Positions 8,365 to 17,566 are shown, counted from the stretch's first letter. The stretch: DNA of 20,197 nt from Candidatus Eiseniibacteriota bacterium (GCA_041483195.1 JBGPFC010000053.1:1-20197); one strand, 5' to 3'. The notes: a model not told the origin generated them from the letters alone. Program-made: numbers and translations.

Positions 8365-10098
8365 GTGCGCCGCTCAGCCTCTCGACCACCATCCACCGCC
8401 CCGGCGAGCCCGCGCCGGAGCGGCGTCTCGCCCGGCACGCGGGACGGCGAATTCATCTCCACCCCGCGGGCGAGGCTCATCCTGGTCGCGATCACCGCCT
8501 GCGCCGCGTTCCTCCGGCTGTATCACTTCGGCCAGTCGCCGCCCGGGCTCAATCAGGACGAGGCGGTCAACGCGTGGAACGCGTGGTGCCTGCTCAAGAC
8601 CGGGCACGACATGACCGGCGCCTCGTGGCCCGTGTTCTACTCGCACGCGATCGGCGACAATCGCACCACGCTTTACTCCTATGCCCTGCTGCCGTTCCAG
8701 GCGATCGGCGGTCTCGGGGTGTGGACCACGCGCCTGCCGAACGCCGTGGCCGGCATCGCGTGCGTCCCGCTCCTCTACGGGGTGGGCGCGCGCCTGTTCG
8801 GGCGCGGCACCGGGTTGATCGCGGCGCTGTTGCTCGCGCTCGATCCGTGGGCGCTGTTCATGAGCCGCTGGGGGATCGAGGGCGGGCTCTGCCCGCTGCT
8901 GGCGCTCGGCACGCTGGCGCTGCTGCTCGCGGCCGGCCTGCCGTTCGACGAAATCCCGCGCGCCCCGCGCGTCGCGCTCGCCGCGCTCGCCGGCCTGTTC
9001 GCGGGGCTGGCGTGCTACGGCTACTGGTGCATGCGGCTCTACGTGCCGGCGCTGCTCGCGCTGCTCGCGCTCGCGATCGGGCGCGCCGGATGGGCGCGGC
9101 TCGCGCGGGGACGCGGCCTCGCGGCGCTGGCCGCGTTCGCGAGCGGGCTCTGCGTCACGCTCGGTCCGCTCGCGTGGAAGCATCTCGTCGATCCCGCGAT
9201 CGGGCGCCGCGCCGCGATGACGCGGCTCTGGGATCCCGGAACCCCGCTGGCCGAGATCGCGCGACGCGTCGCGGGGCGTTACTTCGCGCACTTCGGCCCC
9301 GATTTTCTCTTCGTGCGCGGCGATCGCTACGAGCTGGTCTCGCCGATCGGGCAGGGGGAATTCTCGTGGTACATGCTGCCCGTGATGATCGCGGGGCTCG
9401 CGTTCGCGTTCGCGCGGGCACGCCGCTCGCGCGCGGCGCGCGTGCTGCTCGCCACCGTGATCGCCTATCCCGCCGGCGACGTGATCAGCCGTTACCCGAG
9501 CGTGCACGCGATGCGGAGCGCGCCCGGCATCCCGGCGCTGGTCCTGCTCGCGGCGTTCGGCGCGGCGGCGGCCGGCGCGTGGTTGTGGGCGCGGCGGCGC
9601 CCGATCGCGGTCGCGGCCGCGATCGCGTTCGGGGTCGCGATCGCCGCGCTCGACGGAAGGTTTCTGGTGCGCTACTTCGGCGAGTACAACGCGCGCCCCG
9701 AGATCTACCACGGCTATCACGCGGACCTGATCGATGCGACGCGCTGGCTCGGTCCGCGGCTCGGCGCGTACGACGCCGTCTTCTGCACCGCGATCGGGAT
9801 GAATGAGCCGTTCGCGGTGACGCTGGTGGGCCTCAGCTGGGACCCGCGACGCTGGTTCGCGGAGCCGCGCGACACGCGCGTCGTTGGCGACTGGGACGTC
9901 ACCCTGCGCTACGGCAAGATGCGCTTCATGCACGAGCGGCTGTGGGTGCCGGACTACGAGCGGCTCGCGAACGACGGGCGTCCGGAGCGAGCGCTCTTCA
10001 TCGTGCGGCCGGGGGAGCTGGGCCTCGAGAAGCCGGTGCACGTGATCCGCGGCCCGGACGGACGGGACGCGCTGTGGCTGTGCGAGGAGAGCATCTGA
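8365..10098 (+). CDS. ArnT/PMT-like (GT-C fold, GT39/GT83-like) membrane glycosyltransferase
   Basis: First TM followed by PPGLNQDEA (DE motif), then TTRLPNAVAG and PWALFMSR, with about 10 or more hydrophobic segments and a soluble C-terminal domain. Start codon uncertain. Confidence 0.85.
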   Translation: MRRSASRPPSTAPASPRRSGVSPGTRDGEFISTPRARLILVAITACAAFLRLYHFGQSPPGLNQDEAVNAWNAWCLLKTGHDMTGASWPVFYSHAIGDNRTTLYSYALLPFQAIGGLGVWTTRLPNAVAGIACVPLLYGVGARLFGRGTGLIAALLLALDPWALFMSRWGIEGGLCPLLALGTLALLLAAGLPFDEIPRAPRVALAALAGLFAGLACYGYWCMRLYVPALLALLALAIGRAGWARLARGRGLAALAAFASGLCVTLGPLAWKHLVDPAIGRRAAMTRLWDPGTPLAEIARRVAGRYFAHFGPDFLFVRGDRYELVSPIGQGEFSWYMLPVMIAGLAFAFARARRSRAARVLLATVIAYPAGDVISRYPSVHAMRSAPGIPALVLLAAFGAAAAGAWLWARRRPIAVAAAIAFGVAIAALDGRFLVRYFGEYNARPEIYHGYHADLIDATRWLGPRLGAYDAVFCTAIGMNEPFAVTLVGLSWDPRRWFAEPRDTRVVGDWDVTLRYGKMRFMHERLWVPDYERLANDGRPERALFIVRPGELGLEKPVHVIRGPDGRDALWLCEESI

Positions 10099-10152
10099 CG
10101 CGCGCGGAGCCCGCGGTACACACCGACCGGCGGTCGCCGGCGGCGCCCGATG

Positions 10153-10872
10153 CTACCGGTAGCGCATCTTGAGCGATCCCCAGCTCGAGGCGCGGGCGGC
10201 CGTCGCGAGGGCGAAGCAGTTCGGCGAGTTCGCGCCGATCTGCCAAGAAACCACCGGGCTTTCCTGCAGCATCTCGGTGCTGATCCCGTCGATGACAGCC
10301 GCCGCGCCCAGACAGACGAAGCAGAACGGTTCGTCGGCCCCGAAGCATGTGGGAGAGACAAATCCCGGCACCGCGTTCGCGAGATTGTGGACGAGCGTCC
10401 CGATGGCGTAGCGGGTCGTCCCGTCGAGGGCGAGCGGAGGGCTGACGGTGAGGTTCACCGAAATCGTTCCACGCACCCGACGGTCCGTGATGGAGAGGTA
10501 GTCGGACCCGACCCTCACGTCGAGCGTCGCACCGGGGATCGCCGTGGCGCCGGTCACGGCCTGCGAGACATCGAACCCGATGCCGCCATTGCAATCGGGA
10601 CGCGGCGGCGCGACCGGGGGGCTGCCGGGGAAGAGCTGCTTCCAGGCCCCGAGGTTCGCCGGACCGTCCGCGATCACGACTCGGATCGAGCTGAGGGTCC
10701 CGGATACTCCGGTCACCGAGAGCGTCTGGTCATAGGCGCCGGGTCCCATCCAGTCCTGATTGGGCTGACTCAGGGTGGCCGGCCCCCACGTGTATCGAAA
10801 CGTCGGAGTCGCCCGGGCGCTTGCGGCAACGACGAGCAGGGCGAGCGAGGCAATACCGGGGATGCGGCACAT
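10153..10872 (-). CDS. Secreted hypothetical protein with C-terminal SWGSLKMRYR tail
   Basis: GGGAG upstream of ATG 10872. Signal peptide MCRIPGIASLALLVVAASARA|TP; beta-rich mature part with several Cys. About 239 aa. Confidence 0.8.
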   Translation of the reverse strand: MCRIPGIASLALLVVAASARATPTFRYTWGPATLSQPNQDWMGPGAYDQTLSVTGVSGTLSSIRVVIADGPANLGAWKQLFPGSPPVAPPRPDCNGGIGFDVSQAVTGATAIPGATLDVRVGSDYLSITDRRVRGTISVNLTVSPPLALDGTTRYAIGTLVHNLANAVPGFVSPTCFGADEPFCFVCLGAAAVIDGISTEMLQESPVVSWQIGANSPNCFALATAARASSWGSLKMRYR

Positions 10873-11005
10873 GGATGTTCTCCCGCGATTCGGGTCTCCG
10901 ACCGGCGGCCGATGAGCCTTGATCATAGTCGCGCGCGATCCGACGATGGAACCTGAATTCCCCCATCATCAGGCGCGCGAGAATCTCGCACCGTCGGGGG
11001 CTCGA

Positions 11006-11034
11006 TTGACCCGGTCCGGAGCGGGCCGTATATT
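11006..11034 (+). promoter_or_regulatory. Sigma-70 promoter for tRNA-Leu (and probably the smpB operon)
   Basis: TTGACC (11006-11011), 17 nt spacer, TATATT (11029-11034), followed by a GC-rich discriminator; 18 nt upstream of the tRNA. Confidence 0.8.
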
Positions 11035-11052
11035 CGCCGCCCGGCTTCGCGT

Positions 11053-11139
11053 GCGGAAGTGGCGGAACTGGCAGACGCACTAGATTCAGGTTCTAGCGCC
11101 CGAAAGGGTGTGGGGGTTCAAATCCCCCCTTCCGCACCA
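11053..11139 (+). tRNA. tRNA-Leu(CAG)
   Basis: Acceptor GCGGAAG/CTTCCGC, anticodon arm CTAGA-TTCAGGT-TCTAG, long variable arm, T-loop GTTCAAATC, encoded CCA. Confidence 0.97.
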
Positions 11140-11224
11140 CCATTCACGCTTGCCCCGTCCTTGAGGGGCACGGGATCCGGTCCCGCCCCGCCCAGCGCGT
11201 TCCGTCCGGGGGGCACCGAGGCTC

Positions 11225-11701
11225 ATGGTTCGTGAAGATGACTCCGAGCGGCTCGTCGCGCAGAACCGCCGCGCGCGACACGACTACCTCATCCTCGAGA
11301 CGGTCGAGGCGGGGCTGGTGCTGACCGGCACCGAGGTCAAGAGCCTGCGGGCGGGCAAGGCGAGCCTCGCCGAGTCCTACGCGACGGTCGAAGGCAACAC
11401 CGCGATCATCCGCCAGCTGCACATCCCGCCCTACGAGCAGGGGAACCGCGCCAACCCCGACCCGGTGCGGCCGCGCCGCCTGCTGCTGCATCGCGACGAG
11501 ATCGAGAAGCTGAAGGACGCGGTCGCGAAGAAGGGCCAGACCATCGTGCCGCTCAAGCTCTACTTCGCGCGCGGCTACGCGAAGCTGCTGCTCGGGGTGG
11601 CGCGCGGCAAGCAGACTCACGACAAGCGCCACGCGATCGCCGAGCGCGACGCGAAGCGCGAGATCGATCGCGCACGGCGTGGAGCGGAGCGCGGACGGTG
11701 A
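11225..11701 (+). CDS. smpB: SsrA-binding protein SmpB
   Basis: Motifs NRRARHDY, EAGLVLTGTEVKSLR, RRLLLHR, IVPLKLYF, GKQTHDKR. Confidence 0.98.
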   Translation: MVREDDSERLVAQNRRARHDYLILETVEAGLVLTGTEVKSLRAGKASLAESYATVEGNTAIIRQLHIPPYEQGNRANPDPVRPRRLLLHRDEIEKLKDAVAKKGQTIVPLKLYFARGYAKLLLGVARGKQTHDKRHAIAERDAKREIDRARRGAERGR

Positions 11702-11732
11702 TCCGGGCGGGGCGCGGTGCGGGGTGGGGACG

Positions 11733-13142
11733 TTGATCCGCACGCTACGCGCGATCGCCCTGGCGGGCGCGATCGTCGCGATCACGTCGTTCGGCGCGCC
11801 GCGCGCGGCGGATCTCCCCGCGTTTCCCGTGGGTCCCGAGACCGTGCCGGTCACGTCGCTTCACGGACAGCCTCACCTCGGAGCCAACGACCTCGCGCGC
11901 CTGCTGGACGCCGCGAAATTCTGGCGCGCTGACGTGCGGAAGCTCGTGCTCCGCAGCGGGACGCACCGCATCGTGCTGACCGTCGACGATCCGTTCGTGC
12001 TGGTGGACGATCGCACGCTGAGGCTGAATTCTCCGGTGCGCTCGCTGCGTGGCGAGCTCCAGGTGCCGGTCGCGCTCCTCGATTCTCTGCCGCGCGACTC
12101 CGCGCTCGCACGCCTGATCTACGACCCGCGCGGCAACGACGTCGTCGTGGTGCCGCCGGGGGGCCTGGTGGGCTCCCCGCGCGTCTCGATCTCCGAGGCC
12201 GCGACGCGGCTCACGTTTCCCGCGGAGCGGCCCGAAGACGTGATCGTGCTGGGCCGGGCGCGCGCGCACTTCCGCGTCAGGCTCGGCGGATTCTTCGCGG
12301 GCCTGCTTCCCGACTCGCTGCCGCCCGCGGGGCTGGTGCGCTCGATCCGCCCGATCGCTTCGGCCACCGGCTGTGCTTTCGAGTTCGACGTGTCGCGCGA
12401 CGCCGCGGGCTTCCGCGTGGTGCGCGAGGGCCCGTCGCGGATCGCCATCGAGTTCGCGCGCCGCGCCGGTCCGGGGGTCGGGGTTTTCGCGCCAGAAGGC
12501 GCGGCCGGGCCCCGCGAGCTGCGGGTCGTGGTGCTCGATCCGGGCCACGGCGGCGGCGACCCGGGCGTGACGGTGGAGGGCGCGGCCGAGAAGGATCTCA
12601 CGCTCGCGCTCGCCCGCGTGCTGAGGGCCGAGCTCGAGCGCCGCCTGCGGACCCGTGTGGTGCTCACGCGCGAGAGCGACGTCGCGGTCAGCTTCGATCA
12701 GCGCGCGGTGATCGCGAACCGCGCCCACGCCGACCTCGTGCTCTCGCTTCACTTCGACGGGTTCGGAAGCCCGCGCGCCTCGGGCGCCACCGCCTACTGC
12801 CCGCCCGCCACCTTCGGCGCGAGCGGAGGGAGCCCGGGCGCGGGCGGCCTCGCTCCGGTCGCGGTGCTGCCATGGCGCGACGTCGCGACCCGGCACGCCG
12901 TCGAATCGCGCGCGCTCGCGGAAGCGGTGCTGGGCGCGCTCGCGCTGCGCGACCAGGGGCCTACCCGGTTGCGGGAGCTGCTCCCGTGCAGCCTGCTCGG
13001 CGTGAATGCGCCCGGAATCGTGCTCGAGTGCGCGACGCTCAGCGCGCCCGCCGACCGGGCGCGCGTCACGGCGCCCGACGGAATTCCGCTGCTCGCCGCC
13101 AGCATCGCGGACGGCGTCGTGACGTGGCAGCGGAACGAGTGA
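11733..13142 (+). CDS. N-acetylmuramoyl-L-alanine amidase (Amidase_3), exported
   Basis: Signal peptide; C-terminal catalytic domain with VVLDPGHGG, EKD, VVLTRESD, SLH and LEC. Start uncertain (TTG 11733 or GTG 11724). Confidence 0.88.
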   Translation: MIRTLRAIALAGAIVAITSFGAPRAADLPAFPVGPETVPVTSLHGQPHLGANDLARLLDAAKFWRADVRKLVLRSGTHRIVLTVDDPFVLVDDRTLRLNSPVRSLRGELQVPVALLDSLPRDSALARLIYDPRGNDVVVVPPGGLVGSPRVSISEAATRLTFPAERPEDVIVLGRARAHFRVRLGGFFAGLLPDSLPPAGLVRSIRPIASATGCAFEFDVSRDAAGFRVVREGPSRIAIEFARRAGPGVGVFAPEGAAGPRELRVVVLDPGHGGGDPGVTVEGAAEKDLTLALARVLRAELERRLRTRVVLTRESDVAVSFDQRAVIANRAHADLVLSLHFDGFGSPRASGATAYCPPATFGASGGSPGAGGLAPVAVLPWRDVATRHAVESRALAEAVLGALALRDQGPTRLRELLPCSLLGVNAPGIVLECATLSAPADRARVTAPDGIPLLAASIADGVVTWQRNE

Positions 13143-13687
13143 TGGCGATGCGACGCGCGCTGCTTGTGACGCTGATTCTCGCTGTGCTAGCGTGGCTCGC
13201 GTGGCGCTGGACCGCGCGCGCGCGCGCGCCGATCGCGCGTCCGGTGGCCGCCGTGGACTCCGCGAACGCGGGAATGAAGGCGGTGCGGCTCTATTTCGCG
13301 TCGCCCGATGGCGACAGCCTGGTGATCGAGACGCGCGACCTCTCGGAACGCACGACCTTGCACGAGCGCGTCGCGTCACTGGTGGGTGAGCTGGACCGCG
13401 GGCCGCGGAACGGCGGAGTCGCGCCGCTGCCGCCGGGCACTTCGGCGCGCTTCGCCTACCTCGACGACAGCGGCCTGCTCACGCTCGACCTCTCGCGCTC
13501 GTTCGTGCAGGGATTCCGCGGCGGGAGCAGCGCGGAGTACCTGGCGGTCGCGTCGCTGGTGCGCACGCTTTCGGCGAACCTGCCCGAGGTGAAGCGGGTG
13601 CTCCTGGTGTGCGGTGGCGAGCCGCTCACGACGCTCGGCGGACACGTGCCGCTCGATCGTCCGCTCGACGTTTCGAACTGGCCATAG
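13142..13687 (+). CDS. GerMN-domain protein, membrane anchored
   Basis: ATG overlaps the amidase stop (TGATG). N-terminal TM, then [42 protein letters not shown] and GHVPLDRPL. Confidence 0.88.
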   Translation: MAMRRALLVTLILAVLAWLAWRWTARARAPIARPVAAVDSANAGMKAVRLYFASPDGDSLVIETRDLSERTTLHERVASLVGELDRGPRNGGVAPLPPGTSARFAYLDDSGLLTLDLSRSFVQGFRGGSSAEYLAVASLVRTLSANLPEVKRVLLVCGGEPLTTLGGHVPLDRPLDVSNWP

Positions 13688-13696
13688 AGGAGACCG

Positions 13697-14563
13697 ATGC
13701 CCGCCACACACGATGCGCGTCCGATCGGCGTCTTCGACTCCGGCCTCGGCGGCCTGACCTCGGTACGCGAGCTGTTTCGCACGCTGCCCGCGGAGTCGGT
13801 GGTGTATTTCGGAGACACCGCCCGGCTCCCCTACGGCAGCAAGTCGCGCGAGACCGTGACACGGTTCAGCCTCGAGATCGCATCGTTCCTGGTGCGCCAG
13901 AACATCAAGTGCCTGCTGGTGGCGTGCAACACCGCGAGCTCCTACGCGCTCGAGACGCTTCAGCAGCGGCTCGCGCTCCCGGTGGTGGGCGTGATCGAGC
14001 CGGCGGCTCGCGCGGCGATGCAGGTCAGCCTGCACGGGCGCATCGGCGTGATCGGCACGCTGGCGACGGTCGGGAGCGGCGCGTACGCGCACGCCATCGA
14101 ACACCTCGCGCCCGGAGCCAGCGTCATCCAGCGCGCGTGCCCGCTGTTCGTGCCGCTGGTCGAGGAGGGCTGGACCGATCATCCGGTGACGCGGCTGGTG
14201 GCGGAGGAATATCTGGCGGAATTGCGTTCCGGCGATCTCGAGAGTCTGATCCTGGGGTGCACGCACTACCCGCTGATCGCGCCGCTGATCGCGAGTCTCA
14301 TGGGCCCCGGCGTGAAGCTGATCGATTCCGGAGCCGAAGCCGCACGCGCCGTTGCGGTGCTGCTGCGCGAGCGCGGCCAGCTCGCGGCGGGCGGCCCGGA
14401 GCACCACTTCTACATCAGCGACGAGCCGCGCCGCCGCAGCTTCGCGCGCATCGCGCAGTCGTTTCTCGGGCGCGAATTGCCCACCACCACCGTCGTGGAC
14501 CAGACCGACCTGCCCTGGTTCGAGCGCACGCCGCCGCGCCACGAATCGGAACTCGCGCCGTGA
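13697..14563 (+). CDS. murI: Glutamate racemase
   Basis: Motifs [29 protein letters not shown] and LGCTHYP (both catalytic Cys present). AGGAG RBS. Confidence 0.97.
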   Translation: MPATHDARPIGVFDSGLGGLTSVRELFRTLPAESVVYFGDTARLPYGSKSRETVTRFSLEIASFLVRQNIKCLLVACNTASSYALETLQQRLALPVVGVIEPAARAAMQVSLHGRIGVIGTLATVGSGAYAHAIEHLAPGASVIQRACPLFVPLVEEGWTDHPVTRLVAEEYLAELRSGDLESLILGCTHYPLIAPLIASLMGPGVKLIDSGAEAARAVAVLLRERGQLAAGGPEHHFYISDEPRRRSFARIAQSFLGRELPTTTVVDQTDLPWFERTPPRHESELAP

Positions 14564-15351
14564 CGCGCCCGCCGCGGGCGATCCGCGCTCGCGCGGATCA
14601 GGGCGAGCCGGCGCCGGCATTCGCGCGCCCCGATGGCCGCACTCCGCGCCAGGCGCGGCCGCTCAAGATCGAGCGCGGTGTCATTCCGCACGCGGAGGGC
14701 TCGGCGCTGATCGCGGTCGGGCGCACGCGCGTGCTGTGCACCGCCACGGTCGAGGACCGGGTGTCGAACTGGCTGCGCGGGCAGGGACGCGGCTGGGTCA
14801 CCGCGGAGTACGGCATGCTGCCGCGCGCCACCGGAGAGCGCACGCCGCGTTCCTCGCAGACCGGAGGACGGGCGCAGGAGATCCAGCGCCTGATCGGCCG
14901 CAGCCTGCGCGCGGTCACCGATCTCACCGCGTTCGGGGAGCGCACCATCGTGCTCGACTGCGACGTGCTCGAGGCCGACGGCGGCACCCGCACCGCCGCG
15001 ATCAACGGCGCGCTGGTGGCGCTTCACGACGCGTTCATCACGCTCTCCAACCGCGGACACCTCACGCGCGCGCCGTTCCGCGACACGGTGGCCGCCATCT
15101 CGGTCGGGATCTTCGATGGCGTGCCATGCCTCGATCTCGCCTACCTCGAGGATTCGCGGGCGCAGGTGGACATGAACGTGGTGATGACGGGCGCGGGGCG
15201 ATACGTCGAGCTGCAGGGCACCGGGGAGAGCGTTTCGTTCAGCGAGGCCGAGCTGCGCGCGCTGCTCGGCCTCGCGCGCACCGGCATCCGCCGCATCGTC
15301 GCCGCGCAGCGCAGGCTGCTCGGAAGCTCCGGCCTGATCCCCGCGGCATAG
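14560..15351 (+). CDS. rph: Ribonuclease PH
   Basis: Motifs [62 protein letters not shown]. Probable GTG start overlapping the murI stop (GTGA). Confidence 0.95.
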   Translation: MTRPPRAIRARADQGEPAPAFARPDGRTPRQARPLKIERGVIPHAEGSALIAVGRTRVLCTATVEDRVSNWLRGQGRGWVTAEYGMLPRATGERTPRSSQTGGRAQEIQRLIGRSLRAVTDLTAFGERTIVLDCDVLEADGGTRTAAINGALVALHDAFITLSNRGHLTRAPFRDTVAAISVGIFDGVPCLDLAYLEDSRAQVDMNVVMTGAGRYVELQGTGESVSFSEAELRALLGLARTGIRRIVAAQRRLLGSSGLIPAA

Positions 15352-15382
15352 GCCCGCGCGGATACGAGCGAGGGAACGCGCG

Positions 15383-15970
15383 TTGAAGATCGTGCTGGCC
15401 ACGTTCAACACCGACAAGCTGCGCGAGATGCGTGACCTGCTCCGGCTCGAATGGGCGGAGCTGGTGGGCCTGGGCGACGTTCCCGGCACCTCAGCGGCCC
15501 CGGAGGTGGGGAAGACGCTCGAGGAGAACGCGCTCGCGAAGGCGCGCGCGGCGCTGCGTATGACCGGCATGCCCTCGATCGCCGACGACACCGGACTCGA
15601 AGTGGACGCGCTCGGCGGGAAGCCCGGCGTGTACACCGCGCGCTTTGCGGGCCCCGGCGCGACCTACGCGCAGAACGTCCACCGCCTGCTCGAGGTGATG
15701 ACCGGAATCGACCCCGCGCGGCGCACCGCTCGATTTCGCACGGTGTGCGTGGCGTGCTTTCCCGGCTTGCGGGAGTGCGTCGCCGAGGGGGTGCTCGAGG
15801 GCCGCATCACGGAGCATCCGCGCGGCGCGAACGGCTTCGGCTACGATCCGGTGTTCGAGGTCGCGGGGCTGGGCAAGACCCTCGCCGAGCTGGCCGCGCC
15901 CGAGAAGAACGCGCTCTCGCACCGCGCGAAGGCGGCGCAGGCGCTGGTGCTCCAGCTCGCGGGGCTCTGA
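15383..15970 (+). CDS. rdgB: Non-canonical purine NTP pyrophosphatase (RdgB/HAM1)
   Basis: Motifs IVLATFN..K..E, ENALAKA, ADDTGLEVDALGGKPGVYTAR, GFGYDPVF, KNALSHR. TTG start. Confidence 0.96.
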   Translation: MKIVLATFNTDKLREMRDLLRLEWAELVGLGDVPGTSAAPEVGKTLEENALAKARAALRMTGMPSIADDTGLEVDALGGKPGVYTARFAGPGATYAQNVHRLLEVMTGIDPARRTARFRTVCVACFPGLRECVAEGVLEGRITEHPRGANGFGYDPVFEVAGLGKTLAELAAPEKNALSHRAKAAQALVLQLAGL

Positions 15971-15998
15971 AGTCCCGCGTGCAGCGTCGCGCGAAGCG

Positions 15999-17414
15999 CT
16001 ACGCCGCGCCGAGCGTGAGCACGCGGATCAGGTTGGTGGTCCCGATCGTGCCCGGCGGCGAACCCGCGACGATCACGACGCGGTCGCCCGGCACGCCGCG
16101 ACCCAGCTCGAGCATCGCGCGCTCCACCTGGGCCACCATCCCGTCGGTGTGCGAAACGCGCGGCACGATGAAGGTCTCGACGCCCCAGGTGAGCGCGAGC
16201 TGGCTGCGTACCGCGGGCTCCGGCGTGAACGCCAGCAGCGGGATCGCCTCGCGGTGGCGCGCCAGGCGTCGCGCGCTCGCGCCCGATTCGGTGAACGCCA
16301 CCAGCGCACGGGCGCCCAGGTCGTGCGCGACCCGCGCGGCGGCGAGCGCGATCGCGTCCGGCTGGCCGTGTTCCGTGGCCTCGATCGGCGGGAGCGCATC
16401 CGGCCGCTGCGCCTCGGAGGCCGCGATGATGCGGCTCATGGTTCGCACCGCCTCGATCGCGTGCGCGCCCACCGCGGTCTCGCCCGAGAGCATCAGCGCG
16501 TCCGCTCCGTCGAACACGGCATTCGCGACGTCGGAGGTCTCGGCCCGCGTCGGACGTGAATGCTGGATCATGGACTCCAGCATCTGGGTCGCCACGATCA
16601 CGGGCTTCGCGCGCTCCCGCGCGAGCCGGATCGCGCGCTTCTGCGTGAGCGGCACGTCCTCGAGCGGCATCTCGACGCCGAGATCGCCGCGCGCCACCAT
16701 CAGTCCGTCGAACGCGTCAACGATCGCCTCGAGGCGTTCCACCGCCTCCGGCTTCTCGAGCTTCGCGATCAGCGGCAGGCGGGCGCCGGCGGCATCCATC
16801 GCGCGCCGCACCACGTCCGCGTCGGACGGATCGCGCACGAAGGAGAGCGCGACCAGGTCGGCGCGCAGGCCCAGCGCGAAGTGCAGGTCTTCGAGATCCT
16901 TCGCGGTGAGCGTGGGGGCGCTCACGCGGACGCCGGGCAGGTTGATGCCCTTGTGATCGGAGACCACGCCCCCCTCGATCACGCGGCAGCGCACGTCGCG
17001 GCCGTCCGTGGCCAGCACCTGAAGGCGCACCAGCCCGTCGTCGATCAGCACGGTGTCGCCCGGCACGACGTCCCGCGCGAGCGCGCCGTAGGTGGTCGGC
17101 AGGCGAGTCGCCGTACCCTCCGCGGGGTCGGTCGTGAGGGTCAGCTCGGCTCCGGCCTCGAGCGTGGCCGAGCCGCCGGCCATCGTCCCCAGGCGGATGC
17201 GCGGACCCTGGAGATCGACGAGCACGCCCACCGCGCGCCCCGCCGCGTCGGAGGCGGCGCGCACGGCCGCGCAGGCCGCGGCGTGCTGCGCGTGGCTGCC
17301 ATGGGACGCGTTGAGCCGCGCCACGTCCATGCCGGCATCGACCAGCGCGCGGATCGCCTCGGGCGATCGCGTCGCGGGGCCGAGCGTGCACACGATGCGC
17401 GCGCGTCGGTTCAT
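15999..17414 (-). CDS. pyk: Pyruvate kinase
   Basis: Motifs IVCTLGPAT, RLNASHG, DLQGPRIR, KGINLPG, IAKLEKPEA, MVARGDLGVE, ATQMLESM, PTRAETSDVANAVFDGADALMLSGETA. Confidence 0.98.
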   Translation of the reverse strand: MNRRARIVCTLGPATRSPEAIRALVDAGMDVARLNASHGSHAQHAAACAAVRAASDAAGRAVGVLVDLQGPRIRLGTMAGGSATLEAGAELTLTTDPAEGTATRLPTTYGALARDVVPGDTVLIDDGLVRLQVLATDGRDVRCRVIEGGVVSDHKGINLPGVRVSAPTLTAKDLEDLHFALGLRADLVALSFVRDPSDADVVRRAMDAAGARLPLIAKLEKPEAVERLEAIVDAFDGLMVARGDLGVEMPLEDVPLTQKRAIRLARERAKPVIVATQMLESMIQHSRPTRAETSDVANAVFDGADALMLSGETAVGAHAIEAVRTMSRIIAASEAQRPDALPPIEATEHGQPDAIALAAARVAHDLGARALVAFTESGASARRLARHREAIPLLAFTPEPAVRSQLALTWGVETFIVPRVSHTDGMVAQVERAMLELGRGVPGDRVVIVAGSPPGTIGTTNLIRVLTLGAA

Positions 17415-17489
17415 CGGGTCTCGCGGGTCATGATGGGCGGCCTCTGTGATGGGAGTGGCGGGCGCGCTGCGGAAGCAGCGAGGAAGTAA

Positions 17490-17566
17490 TGGGGTGGATG
17501 ACGGGGTTCGAACCCGCGACCACTGGAGCCACAGTCCAGTGCTCTACCAGCTGAGCTACATCCACC
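17490..17566 (-). tRNA. tRNA-His(GTG)
   Basis: Reverse complement GGTGGATGTAGCTCAG...CTGGA-CTGTGGC-TCCAG...GTTCGAACCC...CATCCACCCCA; encoded G-1, C73 and CCA. Confidence 0.97.

Noticed and set aside
11136..11142. Tandem CCACCA at the tRNA-Leu 3' end as a degradation tag
   Set aside because: It is genomic trailer sequence; CCACCA marking is post-transcriptional and favours G1-G2 tRNAs, while this tRNA starts G-C. Probably chance.
11140..11733. tmRNA (ssrA) next to smpB
   Set aside because: Flanking gaps are 85 nt and about 30 nt, too short, and no tmRNA termini are visible.
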